From Escherichia coli (GTDB taxonomy: Bacteria > Pseudomonadota > Gammaproteobacteria > Enterobacterales > Enterobacteriaceae), in NCBI RefSeq assembly GCF_002854065.1, contig NZ_CP024147.1: a stretch of DNA of 64,000 bases; one strand, written 5' to 3'. Positions 60,485-64,000 of the stretch are shown here, in pieces. The notes under the pieces were generated by a model, which did no database searches, was not told where the DNA came from, and saw nothing but the letters and a program-made list of their open reading frames with translations. Both the position numbers and the translations under genes were made by a program. Within the stretch, counting starts at the first letter, position 1. Every line of letters begins with the position of its first letter.

Positions 60485-60582
60485 GATGGTGCCCTCAGTG
60501 AGCCAGAGAGTTCAGTGTACGGGAATTCGTTTGCGAGCAGAACTGATAATATTCCTTTGTTCTCTTCGGTAATGACTCCAAC

Positions 60583-61086
60583 TTATTGATAGTGTTTTAT
60601 GTTCAGATAATGCCCGATGACTTTGTCATGCAGCTCCACCGATTTTGAGAACGACAGCGACTTCCGTCCCAGCCGTGCCAGGTGCTGCCTCAGATTCAGG
60701 TTATGCCGCTCAATTCGCTGCGTATATCGCTTGCTGATTACGTGCAGCTTTCCCTTCAGGCGGGATTCATACAGCGGCCAGCCATCCGTCATCCATATCA
60801 CCACGTCAAAGGGTGACAGCAGGCTCATAAGACGCCCCAGCGTCGCCATAGTGCGTTCACCGAATACGTGCGCAACAACCGTCTTCCGGAGCCTGTCATA
60901 CGCGTAAAACAGCCAGCGCTGGCGCGATTTAGCCCCGACGTATCCCCACTGTTCGTCCATTTCCGCGCAGACGATGACGTCACTGCCCGGCTGTATGCGC
61001 GAGGTTACCGACTGCGGCCTGAGTTTTTTAAATGGCGGAAAATCGTGTTGAGGCCAACGCCCATAATGCGGGCGGTTGCCCGGCAT
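60583..61086 (-). CDS. insB: IS1 transposase InsB (expressed as InsAB by -1 frameshift)
   Basis: 167-aa [54 protein letters not shown], overlapping insA in -1 frame. Confidence 0.97.
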   Translation of the reverse strand: MPGNRPHYGRWPQHDFPPFKKLRPQSVTSRIQPGSDVIVCAEMDEQWGYVGAKSRQRWLFYAYDRLRKTVVAHVFGERTMATLGRLMSLLSPFDVVIWMTDGWPLYESRLKGKLHVISKRYTQRIERHNLNLRQHLARLGRKSLSFSKSVELHDKVIGHYLNIKHYQ

Positions 61087-61280
61087 CCAACGCCATTCAT
61101 GGCCATATCAATGATTTTCTGGTGCGTACCGGGTTGAGAAGCGGTGTAAGTGAACTGCAGTTGCCATGTTTTACGGCAGTGAGAGCAGAGATAGCGCTGA
61201 TGTCCGGCAGTGCTTTTGCCGTTACGCACCACCCCGTCAGTAGCTGAACAGGAGGGACAGCTGATAGAAACAGAAGCCAC
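61005..61280 (-). CDS. insA: IS1 protein InsA
   Basis: 91-aa [46 protein letters not shown], zinc-finger plus HTH. Confidence 0.97.
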   Translation of the reverse strand: MASVSISCPSCSATDGVVRNGKSTAGHQRYLCSHCRKTWQLQFTYTASQPGTHQKIIDMAMNGVGCRATARIMGVGLNTIFRHLKNSGRSR

Positions 61281-61330
61281 TGGAGCACCTCAAAAACACC
61301 ATCATACACTAAATCAGTAAGTTGGCAGCA

Positions 61331-62035
61331 TCACCCGTTGGTGCTTTCCCAGCTTAATGCCGCTGAGGTGGTTTTTATCATGACTTCTGTTCGGTAGCCT
61401 GCATCTTTGAGTTTTTTTAATGTTTGTAGCGGCGTAGCGGCATTACGAAATGTTCCTTCGACAACAATATTGAGTTTATTGGCTATGGCCCTCTCTATTG
61501 CACGTTCGACCGTTTCGCCGGAAAATTTTGCCGTATGGGTAACAAAATCGTCGCCATAAGTTTGATATATATAATTAAAATCAGGGTGTAGAAATCTGAA
61601 ATCATCACCATTAATAATCATTATATTATTCTTTGTTTCCCTTTTTGCTAATTCGATTAGGGCGGATTTTCCGGCTCCTGGTTGTCCACCTAAAACAAAA
61701 CCAATGGGACTCTGCTGGGATGTGACGTCATGGTTTGTCAGACGCTGCCAAATAGAATCAAAAGACGCTTTATTTTCTGAATGCGCAGTATTATTAAATT
61801 CACGCTGATACTTTTTTCTGACCTGCTGGAGGCGTAACTTTTCCTGTGTAAAATCAACAAGTTCTGCTTGAGTGGAATAAAGATTGTCGCGATAGCTGAC
61901 TAATTGTGATAGCTCATCGTCTGAGTCCTGAACTTGTGAGGAAAAACAACTGTCGACGATATTTGATAAAAACGCGATGCACTGACTGGCGCCGTTTAAA
62001 AGTGCATCCTTTTCCATTAAAGTAGCCATTAACAC
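61331..62035 (-). pseudogene. zeta-toxin-family P-loop kinase with N-terminal extension (EzeT-like), 3-prime end truncated by IS1
   Basis: Walker A GGQPGAGKS and colinear similarity to zeta/PezT toxins; stop codon TGA is formed by bases 3-5 of the IS1 inverted repeat. Confidence 0.7.
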
Positions 62036-62173
62036 TCCTGTTAAATGATATTTTTCGGTGATTGTAATACTGTTCTACAGGAGTGATTTTGCTTTTCAGA
62101 TATTATTTAATCTATGTTTTCAGTGAGGATGGCGTATAACAATTGGTGAGCGTTATACGCCAGTAGGGAAATA

Positions 62174-63523
62174 TTACTCAAACAAATTAAAATGCAGCTT
62201 CTGCACCACCTGCTCGGCATCTTCGCCGGGTACCAGGAAGCACAGGTTATGGCTGGATGCGCCGTAACAAATCATGCGAATGTTGAACGGTTCCAGTACG
62301 CCGAATACCTCTTTGCCAACGCCGCAGGCTTTTGACAGGTCATTGCCAATCAACGCGACCAGCGCCAGACCTTCTTCCACCTCCACCCGGCACAGTGCGG
62401 AAAGCTCCATCAGCAGAGATTGCGTCAGCAACGTATCGCCAGTGGAGGTTGAACCGGTGGTATCAAGGGTTAATGCCACGCTCACTTCTGACGTGGTGAT
62501 TAAGTCTACCGAAATATTATGCCGCGCGAGGATGCCGAAAACTTCCGCGAGGAAACCGCGAGAATGCAGCATATTCAGGCTGTGCAAAGTGAGCAGAGTC
62601 TGATTGCGACGAAGCGCCAGCGCGCGGAACAGCGGCGGATTTTCAGTTTTATTGCACACCAGCGTACCACCTGCGCGTGGGTCTTTGCTGGAGCCGACAA
62701 AGACCGGGATATCGCTGCGTACTGCGGGTAGCAACGTTGCCGGATGCAGTACTTTTGCACCAAAAGTTGCCATCTCTGCCGCTTCGGCAAACGCGATTTC
62801 ATCAATGCGTTTTGCTGCGGAAACTACGCGTGGATCGGTGGTGTAGATGCCCGGGACGTCGGTCCAGATATCAACACGAGATGCGTGTAAAGCCTCCGCC
62901 AGCAAGGCTGCCGTATAATCGCTGCCTCCACGGCCAAGCGTCGTTGTACGACCTTTATTTTCGCTACCGATAAATCCCTGGGTGATCACTAAGCCTTCAT
63001 TGAGACGTGGGAGCAGCTGCAGCGCGGCCAGTTCCGCCAGCGCGGCTATATCTGGCTCTGCACGACCAAATCGGTCGTTGGTACGCATCACTTTACGTAC
63101 ATCAAACCACTGTGCCTGAACATCGCGTTCGCGCAGGATCTCAACAAACAGCAGGGTCGACATCAGCTCGCCGTGGCTGACCAGCTCATCTGTCAGCGCC
63201 GGAGACGTTGCCAGCGCCGCCGCTTCTGCCAGAACAGTAATGTTCTCCAGCAGACGTTCAATCTCTTCACGGATAACGTTCGGGTAACGCAGACGTTCCA
63301 GAATGGCAAACTGGATGTTGCGAATAGCGTCGAGTTTTTCGAATCGCTCGCCAGGTTCCAGTCCTTCAGCTAAAGCGACCAGCAGATTAGTGATACCAGC
63401 AGAAGCCGAGAGGACAACTAAACGCACGTTGGCATCAGAAAGCACAATATCAGCGCTGCGGTTCATGGCGTCAAAATCAGCTACGCTGGTACCGCCAAAT
63501 TTGGAGACAACAATTTCAGACAT
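62174..63523 (-). CDS. lysC: lysine-sensitive aspartokinase III
   Basis: 449-aa ORF MSEIVVSKFGGTSVADFDAMNRSADIVLS, recognised LysC. Confidence 0.96.
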   Translation of the reverse strand: MSEIVVSKFGGTSVADFDAMNRSADIVLSDANVRLVVLSASAGITNLLVALAEGLEPGERFEKLDAIRNIQFAILERLRYPNVIREEIERLLENITVLAEAAALATSPALTDELVSHGELMSTLLFVEILRERDVQAQWFDVRKVMRTNDRFGRAEPDIAALAELAALQLLPRLNEGLVITQGFIGSENKGRTTTLGRGGSDYTAALLAEALHASRVDIWTDVPGIYTTDPRVVSAAKRIDEIAFAEAAEMATFGAKVLHPATLLPAVRSDIPVFVGSSKDPRAGGTLVCNKTENPPLFRALALRRNQTLLTLHSLNMLHSRGFLAEVFGILARHNISVDLITTSEVSVALTLDTTGSTSTGDTLLTQSLLMELSALCRVEVEEGLALVALIGNDLSKACGVGKEVFGVLEPFNIRMICYGASSHNLCFLVPGEDAEQVVQKLHFNLFE

Positions 63524-63815
63524 AACTACCTCGTGTCAGGGGATCCATTTTCAGCCTTGGCACAAGGGAAGAGCGGAAGACGGGTGGGCGCAGAGCGATA
63601 CTTCGCTACTATTTTCACCCAGAAGTGCTCCACCACTTGCGAAACGCCCGACTGCGAACGCTTCTGGTGACAACCCAGGGGATTCAGCCCCTGTAGCCGA
63701 TGATGAACGTGGCCAGCCGTTCAATCACCTCGGCGATGCACCCCCTCAGGTGTTATCACAGGACTGGCTCCTCCAACACCGTTACTTGGGCAACGCGCCT
63801 CTTCTGGCCTGCGCT
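63524..63815 (-). promoter_or_regulatory. lysine riboswitch (LYS element / L-box) in lysC leader
   Basis: About 290-nt minus-strand leader reading ...GAGGCGCGUUGCCCAAGUAACGGUGUUGGAGGAGCCAGUCCUGUGAUAACACCUGAGGGGGUGCAUCGCCGAGGUGAUUGAACGGCUGG..., matching the lysC riboswitch as I recall it. Confidence 0.8.
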
Positions 63816-64000
63816 AGCGCAGGTAGTACATTTATAAATAAAGGGTGAGCGGGGCGGTTGTCAACGACGGGGTCATGCGGATTTTTCATCCACTCCTGGC
63901 GGTCAGTAGTTCAGCTAATAAATGCTTCACTGCGCTAAGGGTTTACACTCAACATTACGCTAACGGCACTAAAACCATCACATTTTTCTGTGACTGGCGC

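Larger units (their letters stand above)
60568..61335 (-). mobile_element. IS1 insertion sequence (768 bp)
   Basis: Terminal inverted repeats ggtaatgactccaacttattgatagtg (60568-) and ...agtaagttggcagcatcacc (-61335) enclosing insA and insB. Confidence 0.97.

Noticed and set aside
62036-62173. Searched for an epsilon-like antitoxin gene upstream of the zeta-toxin-like ORF
   Set aside because: Only 138 bp separate it from lysC and no ORF is present; the N-terminal extension of the toxin itself is the more likely antitoxin module.

Overview
This window reads as Escherichia coli chromosome (about 91 min region). I found no convincing evidence of a wholly undescribed biological system; the window is dominated by well-characterised core genes, and the best candidates for follow-up are listed below. 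All calls are from reading the sequence and ORF track, with no searches run. Gene order, left to right: tufB (3-prime part), secE-nusG, rplKAJL-rpoBC, yjaZ, thiCEFSGH (minus strand, with TPP riboswitch leader), rsd, nudC-hemE-nfi-yjaG, hupA, yjaH, zraP / zraSR (divergent sigma-54 promoters), purHD (minus), a complete rRNA operon (16S, tRNA-Glu, 23S, 5S; rrnE by context), yjaB, metA, aceBAK, arpA, iclR, metH, yjbB, pepE, a seven-gene L-sorbose PTS operon (sorCDFBAME, minus), rluF, yjbD, an IS1 element, a truncated zeta-toxin-family gene, and lysC with its lysine-riboswitch leader. The strain is not K-12-like here: yjaA is missing between the 5S rRNA and yjaB, and the sor operon, IS1 and the zeta-toxin remnant are accessory. 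Most worth a second look: (1) the EzeT-like single-chain zeta toxin gene whose 3-prime end is cut by IS1, (2) IS1 lacking target-site duplications, (3) a roughly 300 bp yjaZ-thiH interval bracketed by two minus-strand terminators (candidate sRNA), and (4) the AT-rich repeat protein gene arpA.
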